A stretch of DNA of 64,000 nt from an uncultured Chloroflexia bacterium (GCA_963731765.1 CAVSWS010000018.1:67440-131439), one strand, 5' to 3'. Shown: positions 28,852-38,841, counted from the stretch's first letter. The notes: generated from the letters alone by a model not told the origin. A program made the numbers and translations.

Positions 28852-30156
28852 ATGAGCCGAACCACCCCTCACAAGTTCTCGCGACGACAGGTCCTTGGTG
28901 CAGCAGCCGCTCTTGGAGCGGGTGCTTTCATTTTGGGCGGCAAATCCGGTGTACGCAGCGCCAGAGCGGACGCATCGAACAATCATCACCTCACGTGGGT
29001 GTGGCAGTTTTCGACGGATGCGGAGCCGGATGTCATCGGCGCCAAGCTGCGAGACCACGACCTCGGCATCATTCTCAAGACACACGACGGCGTGACCTGG
29101 ATGTCGGAGTACGACACCTCGCCTTACGCGGTGAGCGGCCCCTCTCAGGTCAAAGAACTTGTGAAGTACTTCGAGGACGCCGGTGTGCCGTTCCACGCCT
29201 GGTGCGTCGTACAGGGCGTGAGCCCGAAGAAGGAAGCCCAGATGGCAGCCGGGGTTGCCCTGGCGGGCGCTCGCAGCGTCTACCTGGACGTCGAACCGCA
29301 CGGGGGGTTCTGGCAGGGCTCGGCGGCCGACGCCGCGACGTACGGCAACGAATTGCGACGCCTCGCTCCCGACGCGAATATCGTTCTCTCGATCGACCCG
29401 CGACCGTGGGTGATCCAGGAGACGCCCGTGGCCGAGTTCGCCGCGTTCTCCAATGCGATCGCACCGCAGAACTACTGGCGCACCTTCGACACGAAGGCGA
29501 ACTACGAGAAGTTCGCGGCCTCGGGTTACAACGTGCCGCCGGAGGGCGTCACGCCGGAGTTCCTCCTCAGCGTGGGCCAATCGCAGCTTCTACGCTTCGG
29601 TTTGCCCCTGATCGAGGTCGGTCAGGGTGATACAAGCAATCCCGACGAATGGGAGCGCTTCATCGACGCCGCTTACGTGACCGGGGTCGACTTCGTAACG
29701 GCGTGGCGGTACGGCGTGATGCCGGACTCCGTTTTCAACGTGCTTGCGAGCAAGCCGGCCAAGCAGCCGCCGATCGCGCCTTCGTTGGCCAACTACGTCG
29801 TGCAGTCCGGCGACACGCTGGGCGCTATCGCGGCGGCTTACAGCACCTCGGTAAATGACCTCATGGCAGCGAACAACCTGTCAGACGCCAACTACCTCTA
29901 CGTTGGCCAGGAGCTGGTCATCCCGGGCGCCGGAGTTCAGACCCAGCAGGTCGTGGCTTCTGCCCAGCCCGTGAGCGACACCACGTCTTCTGGCGGCGGT
30001 GGCGGCGCCGGCGGTAGCACCCACACCGTGCAGTCCGGCGATACCCTCTACGCTATCGCGGGCCAGTACGGCACCGACGTCGATTCGATCATCGGCGCTA
30101 ACGGTCTCAGCGACCCGAACTACCTGTTCATCGGCCAGATCCTGCAGATCCCTTAG
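28852..30156 (+). CDS. Tat-secreted cell-wall hydrolase-like protein with two C-terminal LysM domains
   Basis: Twin-arginine signal 'SRRQVLGAAAALGAGAFILGG', a central glycoside-hydrolase-like domain, and two LysM repeats ('YVVQSGDTLGAIAAAY...', 'HTVQSGDTLYAIAGQY...'). Start taken at the second ATG; a TATAAT lies 9 nt upstream. Confidence 0.75.
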   Translation: MSRTTPHKFSRRQVLGAAAALGAGAFILGGKSGVRSARADASNNHHLTWVWQFSTDAEPDVIGAKLRDHDLGIILKTHDGVTWMSEYDTSPYAVSGPSQVKELVKYFEDAGVPFHAWCVVQGVSPKKEAQMAAGVALAGARSVYLDVEPHGGFWQGSAADAATYGNELRRLAPDANIVLSIDPRPWVIQETPVAEFAAFSNAIAPQNYWRTFDTKANYEKFAASGYNVPPEGVTPEFLLSVGQSQLLRFGLPLIEVGQGDTSNPDEWERFIDAAYVTGVDFVTAWRYGVMPDSVFNVLASKPAKQPPIAPSLANYVVQSGDTLGAIAAAYSTSVNDLMAANNLSDANYLYVGQELVIPGAGVQTQQVVASAQPVSDTTSSGGGGGAGGSTHTVQSGDTLYAIAGQYGTDVDSIIGANGLSDPNYLFIGQILQIP

Positions 30157-30212
30157 TGCCTACAGGCCAATCGGACCTTGAGACAGCGTCTGGCGGCGCA
30201 TAGAATCGCTGC

Positions 30213-31073
30213 GTGACTGAAGACCTTAGCGCCGCATTTGCCACTCTAAGACCAAGCGCCGATGCCGTTGCCGCGGCATGGCGCACGATCGTGACCGCGG
30301 AACGCGTGCAGGTGGAGAGCCTGCCGAACCGCCCGCGGCCGGAAGACTTCTACGGCCCCCAGGCCGGCGGATTCAAGGCCGACCCTCGACGCACCGATGA
30401 GCCCCTGGTCGACAGCCTGTTGGAGCTGGTGAAGCCGGACGAGACCTGGATCGACCTCGGCGCGGGTGGCGGGCGATACGCCCTTCCGATCGCGCTGCAC
30501 GCCAAGACCGTATACGCCGTCGAGCCATCGCCGGGCATGCGCAACGCGCTGGCTGAGAGCGCAGCAGAGCACGGCATCGAGAACGTTGAGGTGTTCGACG
30601 AGCGCTGGCCGTGCGAGAGCAAGGTGCCGGTGGCGGACGTCTGCTTCATCTGCCAGGTCGGCTACGACATCGCCGACATCGCACCGTTCGTGGAACAGAT
30701 GGAGGCGCACGCCGGCAAGATGTGCGTTGCGGTGATGTTCGAGCGCGCTCCGATTTCGGACTGGGCCCCGTTGTGGCGTGGCGCGCACGGCGAGGATCGC
30801 ATCCTGCTGCCGGGCATGCCGGAGTTCATGAAGTTGCTGTATGCCAGGGGCCGCCTGCCGGAGGTGAAGCTGCTATCGTTGCCGCCGCGGGTCTACGCCA
30901 GCCGGGAGCAGCTGCACTCAGTGTCGCGCCGGCCGGTCTGGGTACTCGAAGGGACGCCGGAGGATACGAAGCTGGCGCAGACGGTCAACGAGCTGGCTGT
31001 CGATGTGGCGGACGGCGTCGTGATCAATCCAGGGCCTCGCAGGCTCGGGATCATCACCTGGGCGCCACGATAG
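30213..31073 (+). CDS. class I SAM-dependent methyltransferase
   Basis: 'WIDLGAGGGRYALPIA' is motif I. Confidence 0.75.
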   Translation: MTEDLSAAFATLRPSADAVAAAWRTIVTAERVQVESLPNRPRPEDFYGPQAGGFKADPRRTDEPLVDSLLELVKPDETWIDLGAGGGRYALPIALHAKTVYAVEPSPGMRNALAESAAEHGIENVEVFDERWPCESKVPVADVCFICQVGYDIADIAPFVEQMEAHAGKMCVAVMFERAPISDWAPLWRGAHGEDRILLPGMPEFMKLLYARGRLPEVKLLSLPPRVYASREQLHSVSRRPVWVLEGTPEDTKLAQTVNELAVDVADGVVINPGPRRLGIITWAPR

Positions 31074-31118
31074 TCCTACCAACCAGCGTCTAGAAGAGAT
31101 TAAGAGCGTTCGCCCGGC

Positions 31119-31484
31119 TCAGGCAGCGACAAGGCTCACGCCGTCATCGAAGGTGAGAAAATCGCCCTCGCGCGTCCCGGAGCGCTCGATTGCGCCCGCC
31201 GGCAACTCGATAGCGTAGTAAGCACGCAAGGGTGCCGCGACGAGCTTGAACGGCTTCACATCCGGCGCGGCCTTGAGCACCCTGCCCTGACGGTCCGTGA
31301 AGACCACGTCTATGGGAAAGTGCATGAAGAACGTGTGCAAAGATGAGCAGCCCTTGAAGAGCAGGCCCTGACCGTCTTCGAGGCACTCCTTGCCTAACAA
31401 CCCACGTACCTTCTGGGTGGCAGTGGCAGCGACTTCAATCGTCTCGCCCAGAATGGTGTTGCGTGCCGTGTTCCCTACGATCAA
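31119..31484 (-). CDS. DUF192 (COG1430) domain protein, commonly linked to Tad/Flp loci
   Basis: 121 aa; 'GLLFKGCSSLHTFFMHFPIDVVF' fits the DUF192 core. Confidence 0.65.
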   Translation of the reverse strand: MIVGNTARNTILGETIEVAATATQKVRGLLGKECLEDGQGLLFKGCSSLHTFFMHFPIDVVFTDRQGRVLKAAPDVKPFKLVAAPLRAYYAIELPAGAIERSGTREGDFLTFDDGVSLVAA

Positions 31485-31489
31485 CGTCC

Positions 31490-32401
31490 TTACCCCTTAT
31501 CGATGAACGAATTGTAGATGCTGATTGCCGCGGGTCCCAGGATGACGATGAACATGGTGGGGAAGATGAAAAGCACAAGCGGGAACATCATCTTGATCGG
31601 CGCGGCCTGCGCTTCCTGCTCGGCACGCTGACGGCGCTTCATGCGCATCTGGTCCGCCTGAACCCGCAGCACGGCGGCGATGCTGGTACCCATGGTCTCT
31701 GCCTGGATGACGGCGTTGATGAAGGATGTCAGGTCCGCGATGCCAGTCCGGTCGGCCATCTCACGTAGGGCTTCGCGGCGCAGCTTACCGAGAGCGACAT
31801 CGTGGAGGACGATCGTCAGCTCCTCTCCGAACGGGCCCGCGATCTTCTCGGCGACACGTCCAAGCGCCGCTTCAAGGCCCAGTCCAGCCTCCACACAGGT
31901 GGTAACCAGGTCGAAGGCGTCAGGCAGCGACTTGAGGATGATCTTCTGTCGCATGCGAACGCGGTTATCCAGCCAGACCTTCGGCATGAAGAAGCCGAGG
32001 ATGAGGGAGAACCCGGCGATTAACGGCGCAAGGCTGCCGAAGGAACCGGCCGTCAGGAGAATGACCGCGAAGGCCGTCATGCACCCTATACTCGCCGCGA
32101 AGCCGACAAGGAAGCCCTGCAGGGTTGTCGGCTCGCCAGCCATCACCAGCCTGTGACGGACTCCCTGCACGAAGTTGACAGGCAGCAGTCGCTGGAGTGA
32201 GCCTCCGAGCGAGGAAGCCAGTGGGGCCAGAAGGCGCGACTTCGCGGAATCGGGTTCGCTCTTGCCGAAATCGAAGTCGACGCGCTCGCCGCGAACGCCA
32301 GCGATGCGAGCGCTCATGGGGTGAGGTCGCTCCTGGGTCAGGCCAACAACGAGCACGACGATGGCAACGAAAATCAAAGTAGAGGCCAGGAGAATCAACA
32401 T
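31490..32401 (-). CDS. tadC: Tad pilus inner-membrane platform protein TadC (T2SS-F family)
   Basis: T2SSF-domain membrane protein adjacent to tadB and cpaF. Confidence 0.85.
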   Translation of the reverse strand: MLILLASTLIFVAIVVLVVGLTQERPHPMSARIAGVRGERVDFDFGKSEPDSAKSRLLAPLASSLGGSLQRLLPVNFVQGVRHRLVMAGEPTTLQGFLVGFAASIGCMTAFAVILLTAGSFGSLAPLIAGFSLILGFFMPKVWLDNRVRMRQKIILKSLPDAFDLVTTCVEAGLGLEAALGRVAEKIAGPFGEELTIVLHDVALGKLRREALREMADRTGIADLTSFINAVIQAETMGTSIAAVLRVQADQMRMKRRQRAEQEAQAAPIKMMFPLVLFIFPTMFIVILGPAAISIYNSFIDKG

Positions 32402-32404
32402 AGA

Positions 32405-33391
32405 CTAGACCTCAATCGCGAGAATCTTCTTGATAACGATGACGCCGAATGTTTCCAGGACGGCAGCACCTCCGAGCATTACCTGGCCCATCAATGTGCC
32501 GTAAAGCGGTTGGAGGTAGCCCGGGTTGAGAACGGAAATGGCGGCGGCGATAGCAATTGGCAGTCCGGCGACGATGAAGCCGCTGAGCATACCCTGGGTG
32601 GTGAGCGTCTTGATCTCGCCTCGGATACGGATGCGCTCACGCATGGTGTGACCGACAGTCTCCAGGATCTCAGCGAGGTTACCGCCCGTCGACTGCTGGA
32701 TGAGCATGGCGGTTACGACGATATCGAGGTCGGCGCTGCCGGAGCGCTTGCTGAAGTGCATCAGCGCTTCGTCCGTCTGCATACCAATGTTGATGTCTTG
32801 CAGCATGTGGCGGATTTCAGTCGCCAGAGGGTGCGGCAGTTCGCGGCTGGCGAGCTCAAGGCTCTGCATGAGACCGAAACCGGCCTTCAGGGAGTTCGCC
32901 AGCATGGAGAGGGCATCCGGCAATTGTTCGTTCAGATGGCTCAGGCGCTTGCCGATGGCCCGACCCATATACAGCCGGGGCAGCATGTAGCCCAGGAAGC
33001 CGAGAGCGACAGCCAGGATGAAACCGAACAGGCCGCTAACGAGCAGATAAGTCACAGCTGCGAACATTCCCCCGAAGAAGATCCGCAGCCCCACGTACTC
33101 CGAGACCGTGAGCTTCATGTCCGCACGTTCGAGGCTTTCCGCGGCACCCTGAACCCACGCTCTTCCCTTGATGAGCGAGCCGATGATGGGAGTTGTGCCG
33201 CTTCGGTGCTCGCGTAGACCTTCGGCTGCCGCGGCCATCGCCACTTCATTGCCGACGGTTTCACCCATGACGTAGCCAAGACGCCGGTCCAGGCTGTCGC
33301 GAGGGCTAGCCGAAGCGTTGTAGATGCCCACCAGCGCGAGCACAATGGCGCCGAGAATGCAGAGCGCCGCGAGAAGCGCGAGCATATCCAT
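32405..33391 (-). CDS. tadB: Tad pilus inner-membrane platform protein TadB (T2SS-F family)
   Basis: T2SSF-domain membrane protein; start overlaps the cpaF stop (ATGA). Confidence 0.85.
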   Translation of the reverse strand: MDMLALLAALCILGAIVLALVGIYNASASPRDSLDRRLGYVMGETVGNEVAMAAAAEGLREHRSGTTPIIGSLIKGRAWVQGAAESLERADMKLTVSEYVGLRIFFGGMFAAVTYLLVSGLFGFILAVALGFLGYMLPRLYMGRAIGKRLSHLNEQLPDALSMLANSLKAGFGLMQSLELASRELPHPLATEIRHMLQDINIGMQTDEALMHFSKRSGSADLDIVVTAMLIQQSTGGNLAEILETVGHTMRERIRIRGEIKTLTTQGMLSGFIVAGLPIAIAAAISVLNPGYLQPLYGTLMGQVMLGGAAVLETFGVIVIKKILAIEV

Positions 33392-34747
33392 CAGGCAGCC
33401 ACCCCCGCAAAGATGGACGGCGGCAGGCTGATGCCCAGAGCCTCGAACTTCTCAGAGAAGCGCGGGCGAATGCCGGTGGAGCGGAAGGCGCCCCGGACCC
33501 GGCCTTCGCTGTCCACGCCGGTCTGCTCGAAGCGGAAGATGTCCTGCATCGTCACGACCTGACCTTCCATGCCGGACACTTCGCTGATGTGGGTCACCTT
33601 ACGGGTACCGTCTGCGAATCGGCTGACCTGGAGGATGACATGGATGGCGGAGGCCATCTGTTCTCGAATCGCCCGAGACGGCAACTCAAGGCTCGCCATC
33701 AGGATCATGTTCTCGATACGGGCGAGAGCGTCACGAGGTGAGTTGGCGTGCACAGTACTGATGGAGCCATCGTGACCGGTGTTCATCGCCTGCATCATGT
33801 CGAAGGCTTCAGAGCCACGAACCTCACCGACGATGATGCGGTCGGGGCGCATGCGCAGTGAGTTGCGCACGAGGTCCCGCTGTGACACCTCACCGCGTCC
33901 TTCGAGGCTGGACGGCCTCGCTTCCAGCGTGACGACGTGCGCCTGCTGTAGCTTGAGCTCGGTAGGGTCTTCGATCGTGACGATGCGCTCTGTGTCCGGG
34001 ATGTAGCCGGAGAGCGCGTTGAGCATGGTGGTCTTACCAGAACCGGTACCGCCAGAGATAATCATATTGAGTCTGGCCTGTACGGCGGCGCGGAGGAACT
34101 CGCCCCATTCCGGCGTCATTGCACCGATGGCAATGAGGTCCTCCATATTCATCTTGTCCTGGCGGAACTTTCGGATCGTGACGGTCGGGCTCTTGGGGGC
34201 CACGGGGGGCACGATGATGTTGACACGGGAGCCGTCAGGCAATCGCGCATCTACCATCGGCGACGACTCGTCGACGCGCCGGCCGAGAGGGGCAAGGATG
34301 CGCTCGATGATCCGCGTGATGTGGTTGTTGTCACGGAACCGGATGGGGCTCAGGTAGAGACGGCCGTCCTTTTCAAAGTAGACGGTGTCCGGTGCGTTGA
34401 TCATGACTTCAGAAATCGTGGGATCGTGAAGCAAGCGGCTCGATGGGACCAAAGCCCAGGATCTCGTCCGTGACGGCGGCAATGAGCTCGTCACGGCTGA
34501 ATCCGACGACGCCCGGCATCTCGGAGGCGATGAGTGTGCGCGCAGCCCCTTCGACCACTTCGCGGGCGCGCTGGCTATCGCCGCTCTCCAGCTTGGAGGG
34601 ATCGAGCTCCTCGATGAGGCGGCTGTGCAGCCGGAACTTCAGCTCGTTGAATGCCTCGCTGGACTGGAGCAGCGGGTTGCGGGTACCTGCGCCGTTGCGG
34701 GGCGGCGGTCCTGCGAAAATCGGTCGCCTTTGGCCGAACTCGTTCAC
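33391..34747 (-). CDS. cpaF: Tad pilus secretion ATPase CpaF/TadA; frame broken by an apparent 1-nt insertion near 34428
   Basis: N-terminal part in ORF 34409-34747 ('...[10 protein letters not shown]') and the rest in ORF 33391-34494 ('[15 protein letters not shown]...[14 protein letters not shown]...'). Removing one G restores '[17 protein letters not shown]'. Confidence 0.85.
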
Positions 34748-34781
34748 TTTGATGAACTCCTCGTGTTCAGAATGAAGTTAG

Positions 34782-35969
34782 CTATCGGCCCAGGACCCGG
34801 TCGAGGAAGCCCTTGCGCTCGCGGCGCAGGCCGGCCAGGTTGTAGCTCATATCCATGATCGCTCGTGACGCCCGTGCGTACGGCTTGGCAAGAACGATGG
34901 GCTGGCCCAGCTGGTTACTGTTACTCACGGCGACGTCGTGCGGAATGCGCCAGTACACCTCGTACTCGAGCACGCGCTCGACATCCTCGGCCCGCAGGCT
35001 GTTGGAAGAGGTGGAGTGGTTAATGACCAGCTTTACCTTGTCTTCCGAGACTGAAGCGGCCCGCAGCATCTCAAGGGCCAATGCGGTGTCTTTGATGCTG
35101 GCGATGTCCATGCTGGTGACCAGCAGGATGATGTCCGCGGCCTCCAGGGCCGTCGCGACCAGCTCGTTGAAGGCTCCAGGGGTATCGACCACGACATAGT
35201 CATGCGTCTGGGAAAGCAGCTCCAGCACGCGGGCGATGTGCTGCCGGTGCAGAGCGCCCCACTCAGTGGGGTGCAGGGGTGCGGGAAGAATCTCGACCCC
35301 GCTGCTGTGCTGGACCAGGTAGTCCCGGATCGACTCGCGGTCGACCTTGTCGATGTTGCGGCCAACGTCAGCGATGCTGAACTCGACAACCACGTCCATC
35401 ATGATGGCAACGTCGCCGAACCGGGTGTCCATGTCGACGATGGCAATAGAGCTGTTCGTGTTTCGACAGAGTGCCGTGGCCAGGTTTGTCGAGATCGTCG
35501 TCTTTCCGATACCGCCCTTTGCACCGAAGACGGTGATAACGGTACCGCGGGCAGCAGAGCTCGCCGTTTGACCCGTTAGCCGGGTACGGCGGCGCTCTTC
35601 TTGCTCGAGGACGCTGTAGATCGCTCGCGCCAGCTCTTCCGGCCGCGGCGGCTTGACCAGATAGTCGCGGGCACCGGAGACCATGGCTCGGCGCACCGAG
35701 GCCGCATCCGCCAGGCTCGAGTAAACGATAACCGGCGTTTCAGGCAGGGCATCTGCCAGGGCGCTCATGGTCTGTGAGGCGCGGGCAACGGGCTCTTCCA
35801 TCGCCAGGACGACAACGTCCGGGTTCTTTTCGCGCGCCATCGTCACGGCGTCAATGCCGTAGCCTGCCTCGCCAGAGACCGTGAACCGGGCCATCGTCAG
35901 AGCGCGAGTGGTATCCGCGCGGCTGTTAGAGTCAGGGTCGACTACGACGACTTCTAGGTTGTTAGGCAA
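34782..35969 (-). CDS. cpaE: CpaE/TadZ pilus assembly ATPase with N-terminal receiver (REC) domain
   Basis: N-terminal CheY-like domain followed by a ParA/MinD P-loop 'VFGAKGGIGKTT'. Confidence 0.85.
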   Translation of the reverse strand: MPNNLEVVVVDPDSNSRADTTRALTMARFTVSGEAGYGIDAVTMAREKNPDVVVLAMEEPVARASQTMSALADALPETPVIVYSSLADAASVRRAMVSGARDYLVKPPRPEELARAIYSVLEQEERRRTRLTGQTASSAARGTVITVFGAKGGIGKTTISTNLATALCRNTNSSIAIVDMDTRFGDVAIMMDVVVEFSIADVGRNIDKVDRESIRDYLVQHSSGVEILPAPLHPTEWGALHRQHIARVLELLSQTHDYVVVDTPGAFNELVATALEAADIILLVTSMDIASIKDTALALEMLRAASVSEDKVKLVINHSTSSNSLRAEDVERVLEYEVYWRIPHDVAVSNSNQLGQPIVLAKPYARASRAIMDMSYNLAGLRRERKGFLDRVLGR

Positions 35970-36005
35970 AATGTCCTCCGGTCCTTCCTTGGAAAGGAGT
36001 TCTGG

Positions 36006-36938
36006 CTAGCGCAGCGCGTCAAACGGACTCGGAAGGTCTGCCGGCAGCAGTTCCGTCTTGACCTGGTAGTTAACATCTACGGTCTTGTCGTCGCCGAAGG
36101 GCCGGACCGAAAGCCGGATGCGCCCGTTCTGCTCCGCCAAGTACAGGAGCTCGGCCTCCTCCGGCGTCACAGCCACCGTGATGGTGGAAGCGCCCGCGTT
36201 GGGAGCGGCCTCACTGTTGCGGACGCGTTGCGTACTGCCTTCGGCCGACGTGCTGTCAGCACCGGAAGGCGTGGCATTGGGCGTCGCAGAATCTTGCGTG
36301 GCTGCGGTTGCGTCGGTCGGGACCTCCACGACGTCCACGACGGTCTGAGCGACGGCCAGCACTTCTACATTCTGCATAAGCGTCTGAGCCACGTAGGCCG
36401 ACGCCGTCTGGGAGCTGGACGGATCGCTGGGGTTGGACAGGTAGTCAACGTCCGAGAGCAGGATGATGTCGACGTAGTCGCCCGGGAGCACCAGTCCACC
36501 TGCGTTCTGGACGTCGGATGCGTTGATGGCAAAGCCACGCTTGCCTTCCGGAACCACGAAGGATAGGGATCGACTGACCCCCGCCTGAGCGTTGACGACC
36601 TTGGAGCTGAGCACCTGCTCATCGACGGTCAGCGGAAATCGCGTAACCTGGCCAACGGCGGTCTGAACATTAGTGAAGGCCAGCGGGCTCACCGCGTCCG
36701 GGGGGAGCAGCTTGACGTCCAGCATGTCCTGGGTGATGGCTGTACGTGCTGGAATATAGGTCTTCGCGACGACTACGGGCACGTTCTGGACGGCGCCCGT
36801 CTCGTTGTTCGTCGAGCTCGAGTTTCGCGAAGTTGCGACATACACGAGGCCGGCGCCCATCAGACCAAGCACGATGGCGAGGATGATAAAACGTCGGTTC
36901 CCCCGGGCGGGGTTCAAGGTACCAGCGTTCTGACTCAA
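36006..36938 (-). CDS. cpaB: Flp pilus assembly protein CpaB (SAF domain)
   Basis: N-terminal TM anchor then SAF/RcpC-like domain; position in the tad cluster. Confidence 0.8.
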   Translation of the reverse strand: MSQNAGTLNPARGNRRFIILAIVLGLMGAGLVYVATSRNSSSTNNETGAVQNVPVVVAKTYIPARTAITQDMLDVKLLPPDAVSPLAFTNVQTAVGQVTRFPLTVDEQVLSSKVVNAQAGVSRSLSFVVPEGKRGFAINASDVQNAGGLVLPGDYVDIILLSDVDYLSNPSDPSSSQTASAYVAQTLMQNVEVLAVAQTVVDVVEVPTDATAATQDSATPNATPSGADSTSAEGSTQRVRNSEAAPNAGASTITVAVTPEEAELLYLAEQNGRIRLSVRPFGDDKTVDVNYQVKTELLPADLPSPFDALR

Positions 36939-37031
36939 TGGCGTTGCTCCCTCAGATAGCTTCTAGTTATGTTTTCGGAAGACGGGGGCTCCACCATTAG
37001 GGCCCGAGGGTCTACAGAGCAGCCTTTTTCC

Positions 37032-37229
37032 TTACTTTTTAAGGGCATCCGCCATGGCCGTTGCTATACCCTTGACGACGTCGTACATCCCACCAACATT
37101 CGTCCCCATAGCGGCGACACCCACGAGCGCCACAAGGGCCACCAGGGCCAGGATGAGGCCGTATTCAACGAGAGCCTGGCCATCTTCTCGTGCGACTTGT
37201 GTCCTTATGAAACCGAATTGATTGGACAC
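37032..37229 (-). CDS. flp: Flp-family type IVb pilin
   Basis: 65 aa, 'GQALVEYGLILALVALVAL' is the Flp motif (G/EY...hydrophobic). Confidence 0.85.
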   Translation of the reverse strand: MSNQFGFIRTQVAREDGQALVEYGLILALVALVALVGVAAMGTNVGGMYDVVKGIATAMADALKK

Positions 37230-37325
37230 GAATAAGCCTCCGGACTTCTCTTCTATCTATTCCAGAATCGGGTTCCTTCCGAGAATTCTTAACGCCCATC
37301 TTGGCGTATGTAATCAGCGTCACAA

Positions 37326-37360
37326 GAAAAAGCGCCCCGGACTGGATACCGGGGCGCTTT
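37326..37360 (-). terminator. intrinsic terminator after the second flp gene
   Basis: Minus-strand hairpin 'aagcgccccgg...ccggggcgctt' followed by TTTTT. Confidence 0.75.
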
Positions 37361-37379
37361 CCTTCGCGTTATTGCCGGA

Positions 37380-37580
37380 TTAGGTGCTGGCCTTCAGGCT
37401 GTCGCCGATCGAGTTGAAGACGTCAGTGACGTTACCACCGATGAGCTGAAGGGCGACGATAGCGACGATGGAGATGAGGGCCAGGATGAGGCCGTACTCA
37501 ACCAGCGTCTGGCCGGCTTCCTCGCGCGCGTCCTGAATACGAGCGAGCAGGTTGTTCATGAAGTTAGTGACGAACTGCAA
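37380..37580 (-). CDS. flp: Flp-family type IVb pilin (second copy)
   Basis: 66 aa, 'GQTLVEYGLILALISIVAIVAL'; followed by a strong intrinsic terminator. Confidence 0.85.
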   Translation of the reverse strand: MQFVTNFMNNLLARIQDAREEAGQTLVEYGLILALISIVAIVALQLIGGNVTDVFNSIGDSLKAST

Positions 37581-37902
37581 ATCTATTCTCCTTGTTGTTT
37601 CTTGCCCTTTAGGGCGGAACGGCTTCTTGCTTGTTTCCCACCGGACCCGTGCGAGAGTCGACTTCCAGTCCGATCTCCCTCGCGGGAATTAACGAAGGTT
37701 TGGCTCGGCAACTGCTCTGTCGTTAGGCGACACCTCCGTCATAAACCAGGCCTTCGCCAGGGCCCTGATTGCTGTGGATTTCTCTCACGTATTAGTACTC
37801 GGCGTTCCAGGCCCGACCTGAAGGGGATTGTTAGGGTTTCTTTAGAAATTTATCTTGACTTTTCCCGATTGCCATGAGTGGAGCAGCCGTGGGCAGAAAG
37901 GG

Positions 37903-37940
37903 AACGGCACCCCGTTGTAGAGGGTGCCGTTCTTATTCTC
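37903..37940 (-). terminator. hairpin terminator after the sigma/small-protein operon
   Basis: 'gaacggcaccc-cgttgtaga-gggtgccgttc', an 11-bp stem flanked by T-rich sequence. Confidence 0.5.
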
Positions 37941-37976
37941 GGCTCGTGAGCCGGTGGTATGAGGGTTGAGACCAGG

Positions 37977-38177
37977 CTAGGCCGCCTGCTGTCTGCTCGA
38001 CTCTGACTTGCCCTTGAGCTTGAGCAGCCGCATTCGGGTCCGGCGCATGAACTCCTCCGAAGGGATAACGTTGTCCGGTAGCGGCTGAATCAGCGACGCG
38101 ACCTGCGTTAGCTCCTCTTCGTTCTGCATTCGCTTCATTGTGACTTCGTCCTGCTCCATGTCGATGGTACCTCTCAT
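37977..38177 (-). CDS. small protein co-transcribed with the ECF sigma factor (possible anti-sigma/regulatory partner)
   Basis: 66-aa ORF 65 nt downstream of the sigma gene on the same strand. It is hydrophilic with no TM segment; its role is inferred from position only. Confidence 0.4.
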   Translation of the reverse strand: MRGTIDMEQDEVTMKRMQNEEELTQVASLIQPLPDNVIPSEEFMRRTRMRLLKLKGKSESSRQQAA

Positions 38178-38241
38178 GACTGTGGTTCCCCCGCGTCACT
38201 ATTAGAGTCGGCGGGGATCCGACAGTCTGATGGCCTTCGAT

Positions 38242-38841
38242 CTAGCCTTGCATGATTTTTCGGAGGTTTCCCAACGCGCGATGCTGGATAACCCTGACCG
38301 CAGGCACGCTCTTGCCGATGACCTGGGCCACCTCCTGGTAGCCCATCTCTTCGACAAAGCGAAGCATGATTACCTGTCGCTGCTCCTCCCGGAGCTGCAT
38401 GACGGCCTCCCTGACGCTGAGCTCATCGCTCGATTGCTCCAGGACCGCCTCCGGATTAGCGTCACGCTTCTGATCGACGTAGACGTCGGCGAGCTCGCTG
38501 TGGTCCCGTTTGGAGCGGAGGTAGCTCACAGTGAGGTTGTGCGCGATACGCAGGAGCCACGCGATGATGGGGGCCCCACGCTCCTTATAACGACCGATAG
38601 CCTCCCAGGCCTTTAGAAAGGTCTGTGCCGTCAGATCCTCCGCCTCGCGGGCATCGCCGACCAGATAGTAGATGTGGCGGTAGACCCGGACGACGTGGCG
38701 GTCGTAGAGCTCGGCGAACGCGGCCTGATCCTTATCGACGGCCCGCTGCACCAACTGCTTCTCCTCATCTCGGTCAGGAGCCGCCTCAGCCGTCCCCTGC
38801 TGGCCGGCTATCTCCTTTGCGCCGGAAGAGACTCGTGACAT
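38242..38841 (-). CDS. ECF-type RNA polymerase sigma-70 family factor
   Basis: Region 2 'FAELYDRHVVRVYRHIYYLVGD...AEDLTAQTFLKAW' and region 4 'QRQVIMLRFVEEMGYQEVAQVIGKSVPAVRVIQHRAL'. Confidence 0.85.
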   Translation of the reverse strand: MSRVSSGAKEIAGQQGTAEAAPDRDEEKQLVQRAVDKDQAAFAELYDRHVVRVYRHIYYLVGDAREAEDLTAQTFLKAWEAIGRYKERGAPIIAWLLRIAHNLTVSYLRSKRDHSELADVYVDQKRDANPEAVLEQSSDELSVREAVMQLREEQRQVIMLRFVEEMGYQEVAQVIGKSVPAVRVIQHRALGNLRKIMQG

